This document shows positions 1-9,482 of a DNA stretch of 64,000 nt, piece by piece. The DNA comes from Hamiltosporidium tvaerminnensis FI-OER-3-3. Its lineage: Eukaryota > Fungi > Microsporidia. Position numbers and translations under genes: made by a program. The notes under the pieces are model-generated. The model was not told the DNA's origin. It made no database searches and saw nothing but the letters and a program-made list of their open reading frames with translations. The stretch's first letter is position 1; each line of letters starts with the position of its first letter. The DNA is taken from NCBI GenBank assembly GCA_022605425.2, contig JAKIMF020000005.1:186001-250000 (forward strand). The letters run 5' to 3'.

Positions 1-113
1 TACTAATTTAGATTTTACATTGAATTAAATTATGTGTGTGACTATTACAGAAATCCAAAAAACCAAATTATAATCGTTAAATTTTACATTTAATCTGTAA
101 AAGTATTTGTCGT

Positions 114-323
114 TGCCGTAATTTTCGGGAAGGCAGCTAAGTTTGAATTACGTCTCTAACAAAGAGATCGTATTCCCGCTCACCATTCCTCTGTTGTTGT
201 AAAGTAAAGAATTGTTTTTAGAAAAATTGTCTTTATTAATTTTGTTCATGATGGCACACCCCTCTAGTTTATTTTAAAATATAAAATAAAAATATAGTAT
301 TTTGTGATATAAATAATATCACA
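114..323. mobile_element. Solo-LTR-like element, family L copy 1 (210 bp)
   Basis: Begins TG (114) and ends CA (323). Perfect 5-bp flanking direct repeat GTCGT at 109-113 and 324-328. Colinear homologue at 28656-28869 with the same boundaries. Confidence 0.75.
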
Positions 324-454
324 GTCGTATAATTTTCCCAATAAAATAGTTTAAAATAGAAAGTTAATATTAAAACATTCGAAATAATGAATTACAGCTA
401 AATAACCTGTCTTATACGAAGATTTATATAGAAAGCATTTTTATTATATGATGA

Positions 455-1348
455 CTAAGAGATATTATAAATCGTTTCTAGATTTTTTAAATATTCTGCC
501 TCGTAAAATAAAAGAAAAATGGAGGATAGAATAGAAATTAATGCCGTAACTACCCGAAGAACCGGTATGTTTATATCAATCAAAGGCTTTGACTTTGCTA
601 ATAACATATAATAGCTCCATATATAGACCGTAAGAAGAAAAATAACTACTAAACCACATATAATCATAAGACAATAAACTAAAATGGTAAAACATCCTAT
701 TTCAGGTAATTCATTACCCTTGTAAACCATCATAAGTTTCTTACAAAAATCATACACTACAACACCGCAATCAAAAAAAGTTGTATAACAACTCATTATA
801 ACAATCCATGGTTTATAATAGCATGAAAATTTATGATATATCTCAATATAATTATCTTTATATACTTCATCATTTTCGTTATATTTACTATACCAATATA
901 TGGTGCTGTAAAACATAACTTTAATCAATAAAAATGTACCAAAGAATATGCATGATACTCGTGTAAGTTTCCAAAGAATAATATAGGCCAGATGTTTATA
1001 ACTTCTAATATCATTTGATATATTTTCACATAAAAAGATTAGCATTTTAAATACGACTGAAAACCAGAATAGAAAATCAAAAAATAACTCAATATTTCCT
1101 AAATTAATATCTTCGTAATAACTTTGAAATCGTTTTGATGAATTATTTATGTTTGTTTCTAGAATATCTGTTTTTTTATGAAACACAGTGAAAAATAATA
1201 AAATCAACATATTTATAGACATAAAACATATTAATCTAATAAACATGGAGTAATTTGTAAAGGAATTTAAATATTTGAATTTGAATTTGAATATAACATT
1301 AGAAAGCAATTTATCTTTCAAGTAAATATGTTTTTCTTGTAATAACAT
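455..1348 (-). CDS. Hypothetical multi-pass membrane protein
   Basis: 297-aa ORF with about six hydrophobic segments. True start may be the ATG at 1246 (M35, context CTCCATG), giving an N-terminal hydrophobic helix. No family recognised. Confidence 0.7.
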   Translation of the reverse strand: MLLQEKHIYLKDKLLSNVIFKFKFKYLNSFTNYSMFIRLICFMSINMLILLFFTVFHKKTDILETNINNSSKRFQSYYEDINLGNIELFFDFLFWFSVVFKMLIFLCENISNDIRSYKHLAYIILWKLTRVSCIFFGTFLLIKVMFYSTIYWYSKYNENDEVYKDNYIEIYHKFSCYYKPWIVIMSCYTTFFDCGVVVYDFCKKLMMVYKGNELPEIGCFTILVYCLMIICGLVVIFLLTVYIWSYYMLLAKSKPLIDINIPVLRVVTALISILSSIFLLFYEAEYLKNLETIYNIS

Positions 1349-1699
1349 TTTCTATATTTGGAAATAATAATTTGTACTAAAATGTATTTTTTTTAGAAAA
1401 AATGATTATAGAAGGTGGCATTATATAAATATAGAAATACAATTTCTAAAGAAATCAAATATTTTTTTTAATCAAAAGAAATTTTAATAAATTAAAAACG
1501 AAATATTTTAGAAAATAAAGAAATTTATTTGAATTTATTAACTAGTAAACTGTTTGCTAAGATTTGTTATGAATATAATGCTTCATATTTATGTCTTTAG
1601 CTATTTAAAATCAGATTAATTGTAATCTCTTATTTTTCCAAAAAAAACAATTTGATAAATTAAGATTTCTATTTGATAAAAATCATATCTGTTTCATCA

Positions 1700-2163
1700 A
1701 GTAGCAAGTTTTTATGGTTTTCATGACATTAACGAAGTTCTTTTTCTAAGATAAATACTACGCAAGAATATGCAGTATTTCTGTTTACTCTACACTTTAC
1801 GAACCGGAATAGGCTTTTAGCTAAGATATATCTCGGCGACTTACATGGAATCTACTTAGATGTTGTATTTCCATACCAAAAATATAACCTGCTAATTAGC
1901 ATTCCTGGCTTTTCAAAGAGCTTTTTGAATCTATTTTGTGCTAAGTCTTCTAACTAGAGTGAGTAAGGCTAGCTCTTTCTATGCTTTTACATGGTAATTA
2001 CCTTTAAGTTCAGCTGCAATCTGCAATCTAGTTACATAAAAAACTACAAATAAATTTATAGAAAGAGTTTTGCTATTTCTTAGACCTCTCCTCCTTATAA
2101 CAAACCCTCTTAAATAAACCGAAGATATAGTGTGGTTTTATTCGCACCAAAAATTCAAACAAT
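1700..2163 (-). repeat. Structured ~730-nt dispersed repeat, copy D (5'-truncated, internal deletion)
   Basis: Matches blocks of 39806-40535 (e.g. CTAAGTCTTCTAAC, GTTACATAAAAAACTACAAATAAATTT, ACCGAAGATATAGTGTGGTTTTATTC). The segment containing the UUCG hairpin is missing around 1741-1762. Confidence 0.85.
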
Positions 2164-2358
2164 ACTCTATAAATTTCGCGTATTCATTACCAAAGAGATA
2201 GTTTTTGTCGTGTTATTTTGTCTCAGATATATTTTTCATTTCTCTTTATTAAGTACTTTATGATTTTCACTCTTCCCTTTCTTTACTTACCTTCAACTAT
2301 TTCTCCACCCCTTAAAATTTTAATTTTTTTTATAACAAAAATTATTCTTTAATCCCTT

Positions 2359-2835
2359 ATGGATTTAACATTTGAAGATTTAGAAAATAAATGTTTGGAT
2401 TCAATAAAGAAAAACAATATTTCTACATTTCTCCATCTTTTTCCATTTTACCAATACAAACTTGATAATTATACGTCTTCAACACCAATAATTATATGTT
2501 TTAGATTACTTACTCTTCTAAATAATGATATGTGTATGTATTATCAGTTACAAGAAACTTATACTACAGAAGATCCCCATTATGAATTTGTATTTGAAAT
2601 AGAAAAGTGTCTGAGCACAGGAAGTTTAAACAAACTCAATAAAATTGCCAGTGAAAATAAATATCCTTATTTTAAAGAAATTATATTTCAAATTATTTCT
2701 GATTTTAGAAAAGAAATGCTTGAATTTGCCAATAATCCACCACAAAATCTTCCTTTCATTAATGATAAAGAATCTGCTCAACAGACTATAATTGATAGTA
2801 TATTTGTAATCAAAGAGTTGAGTAGAAATTATTAA
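2359..2835 (+). CDS. RPN12: Reduced 26S proteasome lid subunit Rpn12/PSMD8-like (CSN8/PSMD8/eIF3K PCI family)
   Basis: FRLLTLL...HYEFVFEIEKCLSTGSLNKL resembles Rpn12 LNLLFLL...[20 protein letters not shown]. CCC motif directly upstream (AATCCCTTATG). Confidence 0.6.
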   Translation: MDLTFEDLENKCLDSIKKNNISTFLHLFPFYQYKLDNYTSSTPIIICFRLLTLLNNDMCMYYQLQETYTTEDPHYEFVFEIEKCLSTGSLNKLNKIASENKYPYFKEIIFQIISDFRKEMLEFANNPPQNLPFINDKESAQQTIIDSIFVIKELSRNY

Positions 2836-3049
2836 ATCCTTACATTTGTCTCTATTTTTAAATTTTATATTTTTATTTGTCTCTCTTCTAATTTTTATGC
2901 ATTTTTTTAATGAAATTTTTTTATTTCTAAAATAAAATCCTTGGAAAAAAATAATTTTGAAATTTAAAAATAAATTTGTTAAAACATTTCAAATAAAGAA
3001 AACTTAAGTTTAATTTCCAAGCCATCCTCTCCAAATAAAATAAAATCAA

Positions 3050-3330
3050 TTTAAATAAGAAAATAAGAAATCCTTAAATAAACAATAGAAATTAAGAAAT
3101 AAATTAGAAATGAATAGAAATAAAAAATCAGAAGTCCTAAAATCCTTATTTAGAAAAATAAAATATTTAAATCCTAAAATCCTAAAAAAAATAGAAATCC
3201 TTTAATAAACAATAGAAATAGAAATTAAGAAATAAAATAATGAATTAAAAATCCTTAAATCCTAAAATATAAAAAATTCTAAACTATAAAAAATCCTTCA
3301 TTAGAAAAATCCTTAATTAGAAAAATATTT
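3050..3330. repeat. Low-complexity AAATCCT/AATAGAA repeats between convergent genes
   Basis: Repeated AAATCCTT motifs and a longer block duplicated at about 3069 and 3196. Confidence 0.6.
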
Positions 3331-3384
3331 TATTCTTCACTTCTTTCAAAAATATTATAAATAAATATTCACCCCTTATTTTCC

Positions 3385-5046
3385 TTACCTTTTACTCTCC
3401 CTTGTTTCTACGTACATCTCCGTACTTTTTTTAAGTTTTTCTTTTCTTTCTTCATAAAAATTTTCCTTTTCTTCTATCACAACACTGAATTCACCTTTGA
3501 CATTAATATTATCATTCCCACTGACAACAACACACTCACTTTTACTTACATTTTCTACAGATTGAATTAAACAAAGATATTCTTTAACGATTCTTCCACC
3601 ATCTTTTTCTAAAGTATCCACATATTTCTTAATTCTTATACCTTCATCTTTTAATCTGTTCCATTCTATATATCCTGCATTTAATATTTGAAATTTCTTT
3701 TTCTCCCACCCGCTTATCTCATTTAAAGATTTTCTGTACATTTCTTCTAGTTTTTTTCGTACATCGAACGAACTTTTTAAAGATTTGTAATATTTTTCAT
3801 ATAAAATTTTCATTTTTAAATCACAATTATTTAAAAATAATTCTAATTTAGAATTTTGAATTTTACTTGAAGAATTATTTTCATAATTAAAATTATTTTT
3901 ATTTTTTCTCGGAGAATTAATTTTATTTTCATAATTGTTTTCATTTTCTTCTTCGTTTTTATTTTCAATATTTTGATCGATTTCTGATTTTCCAACGACT
4001 TGAATAATTTTCTGATTTAAAATTTTACAAGCTTCCAAATATTCCAACAATTCGTGTTCTTTTCCCTGGTGATTGCCTGCCATTCTACAGATACAGCACA
4101 CAGGTACACAGCATTTCATACAAACGTAATCTACCACACTATCTGGGTGGTAAATACAAGATATAAAATTAGAAAGTCCTACTTTTTCATAATAATATCT
4201 TTTATGTCGCATCGTAAATTCATTGCAATGAATATTTTTGTCACAATTTATACAAAATGAAGCTCTTTCAGCCAAACAAAACATTATTGAAGGAAAAGAC
4301 TGACACATCTCACAAAGTGAAGAATTTCTGGATTTCATTTCTAAATCATGATCGTAATTAAAGGTTATCTCATATAAAGGTAATATTCTTGAAGAATCTT
4401 TTAAAAGATACGAAAAAGATTTACAATTTTTATTTTCTTCAAAAGATTGATCTTTGATCAAAGAATCGTTTATAACTGATAAATCGATATTTTTTGAATT
4501 TCCAATTTGCCGTTTTTCTAAATTCGAAGAAGAACTCGATTTTTCTAAATTTGAAAAAATATTTTCATTTTTTGAATTTCCAATTGTCCGTTTTTCTAAA
4601 ATCGAAGAATCTGAATTTCTAGAAAAAGAACTCGATTTTTCAGAAAAAGAAAGATTTATAAGATCTTCGTCCTGTAAAACTTTAATATCTGTTATTTCAC
4701 TATTAAAATCGAATCGATTGCTTGGTACAATAAACGTATCGTAGTGACTCGGTGGTTGTACAGCATATCCTACATCTCTCGCAACATAAAGTGTATTTCC
4801 TACCGCTATTTCAGCTAAAAATACTTTGTGAGTCGTTTGTTTAAAATCAATTGGTACTCCAAGTATAGGAACTTCTATATTATTGCTGATAGAAGATACA
4901 GGCTGTGTATAAAGTCTCAATCTTCTGGTCGTTAAATATTTTTTAGAAAATGTTGTACTGTTGGAAGGCATAAGTGGTTTTATGTTTGTAACGGTGAGTG
5001 TTGTAGAATTTAAAAGGTATTTTAAATGTAATTCTATTTCTTGCAT
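3385..5046 (-). CDS. Double B-box zinc finger + coiled-coil protein with degenerate PARP/ART-like N-terminal domain
   Basis: B-box CEMC..FCLAERASFCINCDKNIH..H and B-box CIYH..YVCMKCCVPVCCICR..NH..H, then a coiled coil. N-terminal VFLAEIAVGN / PPSHYDTF / SYLLKDSSRILPLYEITF resemble PARP catalytic-domain motifs. CCC motif upstream (ACCCTGTAAATG). Confidence 0.85.
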   Translation of the reverse strand: MQEIELHLKYLLNSTTLTVTNIKPLMPSNSTTFSKKYLTTRRLRLYTQPVSSISNNIEVPILGVPIDFKQTTHKVFLAEIAVGNTLYVARDVGYAVQPPSHYDTFIVPSNRFDFNSEITDIKVLQDEDLINLSFSEKSSSFSRNSDSSILEKRTIGNSKNENIFSNLEKSSSSSNLEKRQIGNSKNIDLSVINDSLIKDQSFEENKNCKSFSYLLKDSSRILPLYEITFNYDHDLEMKSRNSSLCEMCQSFPSIMFCLAERASFCINCDKNIHCNEFTMRHKRYYYEKVGLSNFISCIYHPDSVVDYVCMKCCVPVCCICRMAGNHQGKEHELLEYLEACKILNQKIIQVVGKSEIDQNIENKNEEENENNYENKINSPRKNKNNFNYENNSSSKIQNSKLELFLNNCDLKMKILYEKYYKSLKSSFDVRKKLEEMYRKSLNEISGWEKKKFQILNAGYIEWNRLKDEGIRIKKYVDTLEKDGGRIVKEYLCLIQSVENVSKSECVVVSGNDNINVKGEFSVVIEEKENFYEERKEKLKKSTEMYVETRESKR

Positions 5047-5164
5047 TTACAGGGTAAAAAAATCAAAGTTTTTCATTTTGTAAGGAAATTTATTAAACAA
5101 AGTTTTATTTTTTAAATATTTTTATGAATTAAAAAGAAAAATTTAATAAAAAGAAATTTAGAGA

Positions 5165-5420
5165 TTTTTATTTTCTGTTTAATTTTCTGTTTATTTATAT
5201 TTCTGTTTAATTTTTTGTTTATTTAATTATTTAATTTTTGTTTATTTAAGTTCTGTATAGTTATTTTTTTATTTATTTAATTATTTGATTTCTGTTTATT
5301 TATATTATTATTTATTTAATTTTTTATTTAATTTTCTGTTTATTTTTATTTCTGTTTATTTAATTTTTCCATTATAAGTTTTTATTTCTGTTTTTTTTAT
5401 TTCAGTTTTTTTTATTTTTT
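5165..5420. repeat. Degenerate T-rich minisatellite upstream of the B-box gene
   Basis: Recurrent TTTCTGTTTATTTA-like units. Confidence 0.6.
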
Positions 5421-5662
5421 TTTCGTTGAATTAACCGTTTATGACAAATTGATGAAAAAAATATATTTTTTTTATTTTTAACAAATTACTTTTTAATTTA
5501 CTGTTAGAAAAGATTTGAAAGGAATTGAATAAAGATTGAGAAATTTATTCTTTAATTAAAAAAATATATTAAATATTTAATGAAATTCAATTAAAGATTA
5601 AGAAACATTTTTTAATGCAAATATGAAACATTTAAATAATTATAGATTTTTTAAATATCACT

Positions 5663-6390
5663 AAGAGAAGGGAGGATAACCACATAAAAAACTTTCTGCT
5701 TGGGAATGAGTGTGTGAAACTGGTGTGAGATCATTGTTTGGATTTTTGGTGTAAATACAACCACACTATATCTTCGGTTGTTCCATGGGAGTTGTTATGA
5801 GGAGAAGAGGTCTAAGAAATGGAGAAACTTTTTCTTCAAATTTATTTGTAGTTTTTTATGTAACCAGATTGCAGACCGCAGCTGAACATGTAGGTAATTG
5901 CCATGTAAAAGCATGGAAACCTAGCCTTTCTCACTCGGTTAGAAGACTTAGCGCCTGGGAGATATAAAAATAAAACCCATTAAAAGCCAGGAGAGCTAAG
6001 TAGCAGGTTATACCTGTTGGTATGACATTGTACTGTCCAGGTGGACCTCATGTAAGTCTCTGAAATATATCTTAGCTAGAAGTTTACTGGGTTCAGAAAG
6101 TTTAGAGTAATTGAGAATTCTGCATAATCTTGGGGGAGCCCAGGGAAGGCTTCGGCCTTCGATAATACTCCATGCAACGGCCATTACGAACTCCGGGCAA
6201 CTTCCTCGCCTATTAATTAGGTTCTAAACACCTGTTAGATGAAAGGCTTTGGGATGTAGGTATCGCAGGGGTTACCGATGGAGTGTTGGGGTAGCATTTA
6301 TTTATGTTAAACCTAGAACTGCGTTAATATCATGAAAACAAATATAACACTTGCCACTGTTTTAAAAAGATGTGATACTTTTAAATAAAG
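5663..6390 (+). repeat. Structured ~730-nt dispersed repeat, copy A (full length)
   Basis: Near-identical reverse complement of 39806-40535. GC-richer than its flanks. Hairpins include GAAGGC-TTCG-GCCTTC (6145-6160). Ends TAAATAAAG. Confidence 0.92.
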
Positions 6391-6730
6391 ATTTTTAGAA
6401 TTGTTTGAGAATTAAATTTATTTTTGTGATTGATAATTTACTAAAAATCCTAGAAGGAAAAATAAAATTTTAATAAATTCCATATTTAGGACTTAGAATT
6501 CACTAAAAAAGTTTTGCAAATACAACACAATTTGCATAAAAATATATTTAAAAATATTGATTAATAAAATTTTTTAAACAAAATTTATATCAAATTTAAT
6601 GTTGTTTTTAATTGAATAACGATTTGATATTCTAAATTTGCTAATTAAAAATATTTTATTAGTTTATGTTTTAAATAAAATGTTAGATTTAAAAAAGTAT
6701 CAGTTTTTGGAAAAAAATAAACTTATGATT

Positions 6731-7240
6731 TTAATAATACGATGCAAGTATTTCTATATTTTTAGCGAATATAGTAATCGCTCGATTACATGAACAGATC
6801 ATGTCGTAACATATTCTTAAAACAATTTTATCCGTATAATCATCTATTCTAGCAAAAAGTTTCATTATATTTATAGTTTTGGTTTCAATATTTGTCATTA
6901 ATGGGTGTAAACGTTCTAAATAGCTTTCATGTATAACCAATTCTGCAAGTTTGATATAAAAACGTACTTTTAAATTAGAATATTTTCTTCTCAAATGATA
7001 AATAGATGTTTCAAGTATTTTTTTGGTAATATGAGGTTCCTTACTAGAAAATACCAAAGGTGGAAACATTGGACATATTTCTCGCGTAATTTTTGCCTCA
7101 TTTTCATCATCTTTCAACTTATAATATTTTATACCGATTGGTTTAGATTGTCTTCTCTCCAATAACTTTGCATTTTTCTCCCAAATGTATTTTCTGTTTG
7201 AAGAATGTATTAATGAACAAAAAAATAGAAAAACTAACAT
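6731..7240 (-). CDS. Small hypothetical secreted protein
   Basis: 169-aa ORF with signal-peptide-like N-terminus MLVFLFFCSLIHS. No recognised family. Confidence 0.65.
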   Translation of the reverse strand: MLVFLFFCSLIHSSNRKYIWEKNAKLLERRQSKPIGIKYYKLKDDENEAKITREICPMFPPLVFSSKEPHITKKILETSIYHLRRKYSNLKVRFYIKLAELVIHESYLERLHPLMTNIETKTINIMKLFARIDDYTDKIVLRICYDMICSCNRAITIFAKNIEILASYY

Positions 7241-7649
7241 TTTAACAAAAATATGTTATTTTTAAAATATATATTAACTCAAATTTGATAAATTAAATTA
7301 ATTTTGAATTGCTTAAATATAATTCTAGTCATAAAACTAATCTATTTAATTTATATTTAATAGAAATTATCAAATATTAGTTAATTTATATTTTAATAGA
7401 AATTATATATATGAAGACTAAAAAAATCTTTTTTTAATACTTTTTTAAACAAACATTACTAATTAGTTTTAAGTAGAAAAATTCAAATTTATATTATTTG
7501 GCTATATTTGTCAAATTAATAATTAAAATATTCAGAAATAATAAAAATGGCTTTTAAGAACAAATATTGATTTAGTTATAATCAAAAGTTATAAACAACT
7601 AACTTTGACTGTTTAAAAATTTATATTCTTTCTTTAAAATCATAATTAG

Positions 7650-9000
7650 TTTAAAAAGCGCAGCCTATAGAATATTAAACGCTTTCCAGATTTAACTCCT
7701 GATGCAAATTAAAATAGCAGAATAAATGAGTAAATTATTGTCTTTCGTAAAAAAACGAATAGAAAGATGATATAAGGGATTCATGTTAATCATTAAACCT
7801 ATACCGCTTATAATCGATATAAATTTAAAACCGATAAAAATACAGAATAAATATGGCATTTAAAGCAGTGTTGATTGATATCAAAACGATAACCATGTTA
7901 ATATCTTATAAAGAAAAAATAGAATTATTTTTTTATTTCTCAATTTGAAAATCACATCAGGAAGAAAGTTATAATTAAAAATTTATGGTCTTATTCAATA
8001 GAAACCAAAGAAACTTAAAAAATAAAGTAAAGCTCGATTTGTTTAAGTTGGAAAAAAAAATATTTTTTGCTGGATTTATATTTCCTACCTCTTTAGCTTG
8101 AATCATATTACCTTAATAATTCTGATGAAAAGACATATATATTTAAGACTTACGTATATTTATAATTATAATTGTAAACAATAAGATAACCTATTGTTCA
8201 CAGTATGGTAATTATATGCCAATAAGTTGAATCAACATAATTTGTACCGTAATTGTATGAACAATAACCAATTTTTCAACACAAATATACTTGTTTACAA
8301 AAAATTTAATATTTTTTAATTTTAATAAATTTGCGAGATGAATTGTTTAAAAAATGTTTAAATTTTATATTTGACTGTAAAATTATCTACGAGACAAATA
8401 CTTTAGAAATTAACGGCAACAGAAATAATTTGAAAATTACAACAACTAACCTTCATCACCATGAGTTCATTATAAATTTAAAAAAAATTACATATATTAT
8501 TTATATAGTCGACTAATTTTCCAAAAACTACTCACCTCGAAATGGTTAATTAATTAAAAAAATACAAAATATTAATAAGAGTCTTCCGATTAGGATATGA
8601 ATTTTTTGATTTTTTCATAAATTTTACACTTCCACCAATAGTGAGCAGAGAGACCTTGAAATACTTGGAAACGTGTAATTAGTCCAAATATCATTGATTA
8701 ACATCTTTCCTAGATTGTAGTATGTGGCAAGAAAAATATAATTTATATATTTTCTTTTATCCTTGTAAAGTTTTCAGTTTTTTAAAAAAAGTAATTTAAA
8801 TCAATTTGGTCCGATTTTTTATCTAAGAATTTATACAATTGTATGATAAGATCATTTTTTTGCATTTCCTCCGTTCAATTTATTTATATCTTCAATAATA
8901 ATTACATAAAACAATTATATTAGAACAATATGGAATTTTATATTTGATTAAATTAAATGATTTCCAATAAAAATTACTAAGAAGTTATACAATAAATATA
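7650..9000 (+). pseudogene. Possible highly decayed LINE reverse transcriptase fossil
   Basis: ORF 8331-8516 ends YIIYIVD (cf. LFNIYIND), followed at about 8656-8670 by LKYL[E/G] (cf. KYLG). Many stops and frameshifts. Confidence 0.3.
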
Positions 9001-9482
9001 TTAACCAATACAGCATATCGTTAAAAAAACAGTTTGTTTAAATAATAGAAAACTCATTCTACGAAAAATTTTCAACGAGAAAAAATATATAATGGAATAG
9101 AAATAGGTGGTAAAGGGAATAGAATAAACATAAAATTCCGAGTGTAAGCTATGGAAAATTAAGAGTAAATAAAACAGAAGAAGATAAATATGATGTGAAA
9201 AAAGATCCTGTAATTTTTACGAGAAATATCTAAAGTCGAGTAAAATGTAGATATAGAAGATTAGAAAAATATATGGTAAAACGGATTACATGAGAATCTA
9301 AAAACCCGATTAAAAAATTAATTTAGCAAATAAAGTAAAGAAAAAAAAATATATTTCGCTTTTTTGAAAGTAAAATTAAGGTCGTCATAAAAGCTTAACA
9401 GCTAGTTGAAATTATGTTCGAATAGAAAATAAATTTTTATTTAAAAAAATTATATTCAACATATCAAGTAGAACATTCAATT

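Noticed and set aside
4054-4744. Antisense ORFs overlapping long genes (also 9748, 10759, 14293, 32958-34272, 40984-41926, 45699, 47985-48675)
   Set aside because: Shadow ORFs of real genes on the opposite strand, with low-complexity F/I/L/S-rich composition and no motifs.
5785-5967. ORF shared by repeat copies A and B (40255-40488) as a protein-coding gene
   Set aside because: Start and stop differ between the two copies and the frame is not preserved in C, D, E or F. The similarity simply reflects the repeat.
5985-6365. Resemblance of the repeat to SRP helix 8 (CCAGG-N10-AGCAG), HDV L3 (TTCCTCGC), twister (TAACAC.TGCC / GTGGAGGG) or group II domain V
   Set aside because: In each case the required flanking helices do not pair, and no hammerhead CTGANGA core was found. 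A covariance-model search is needed to exclude these formally.
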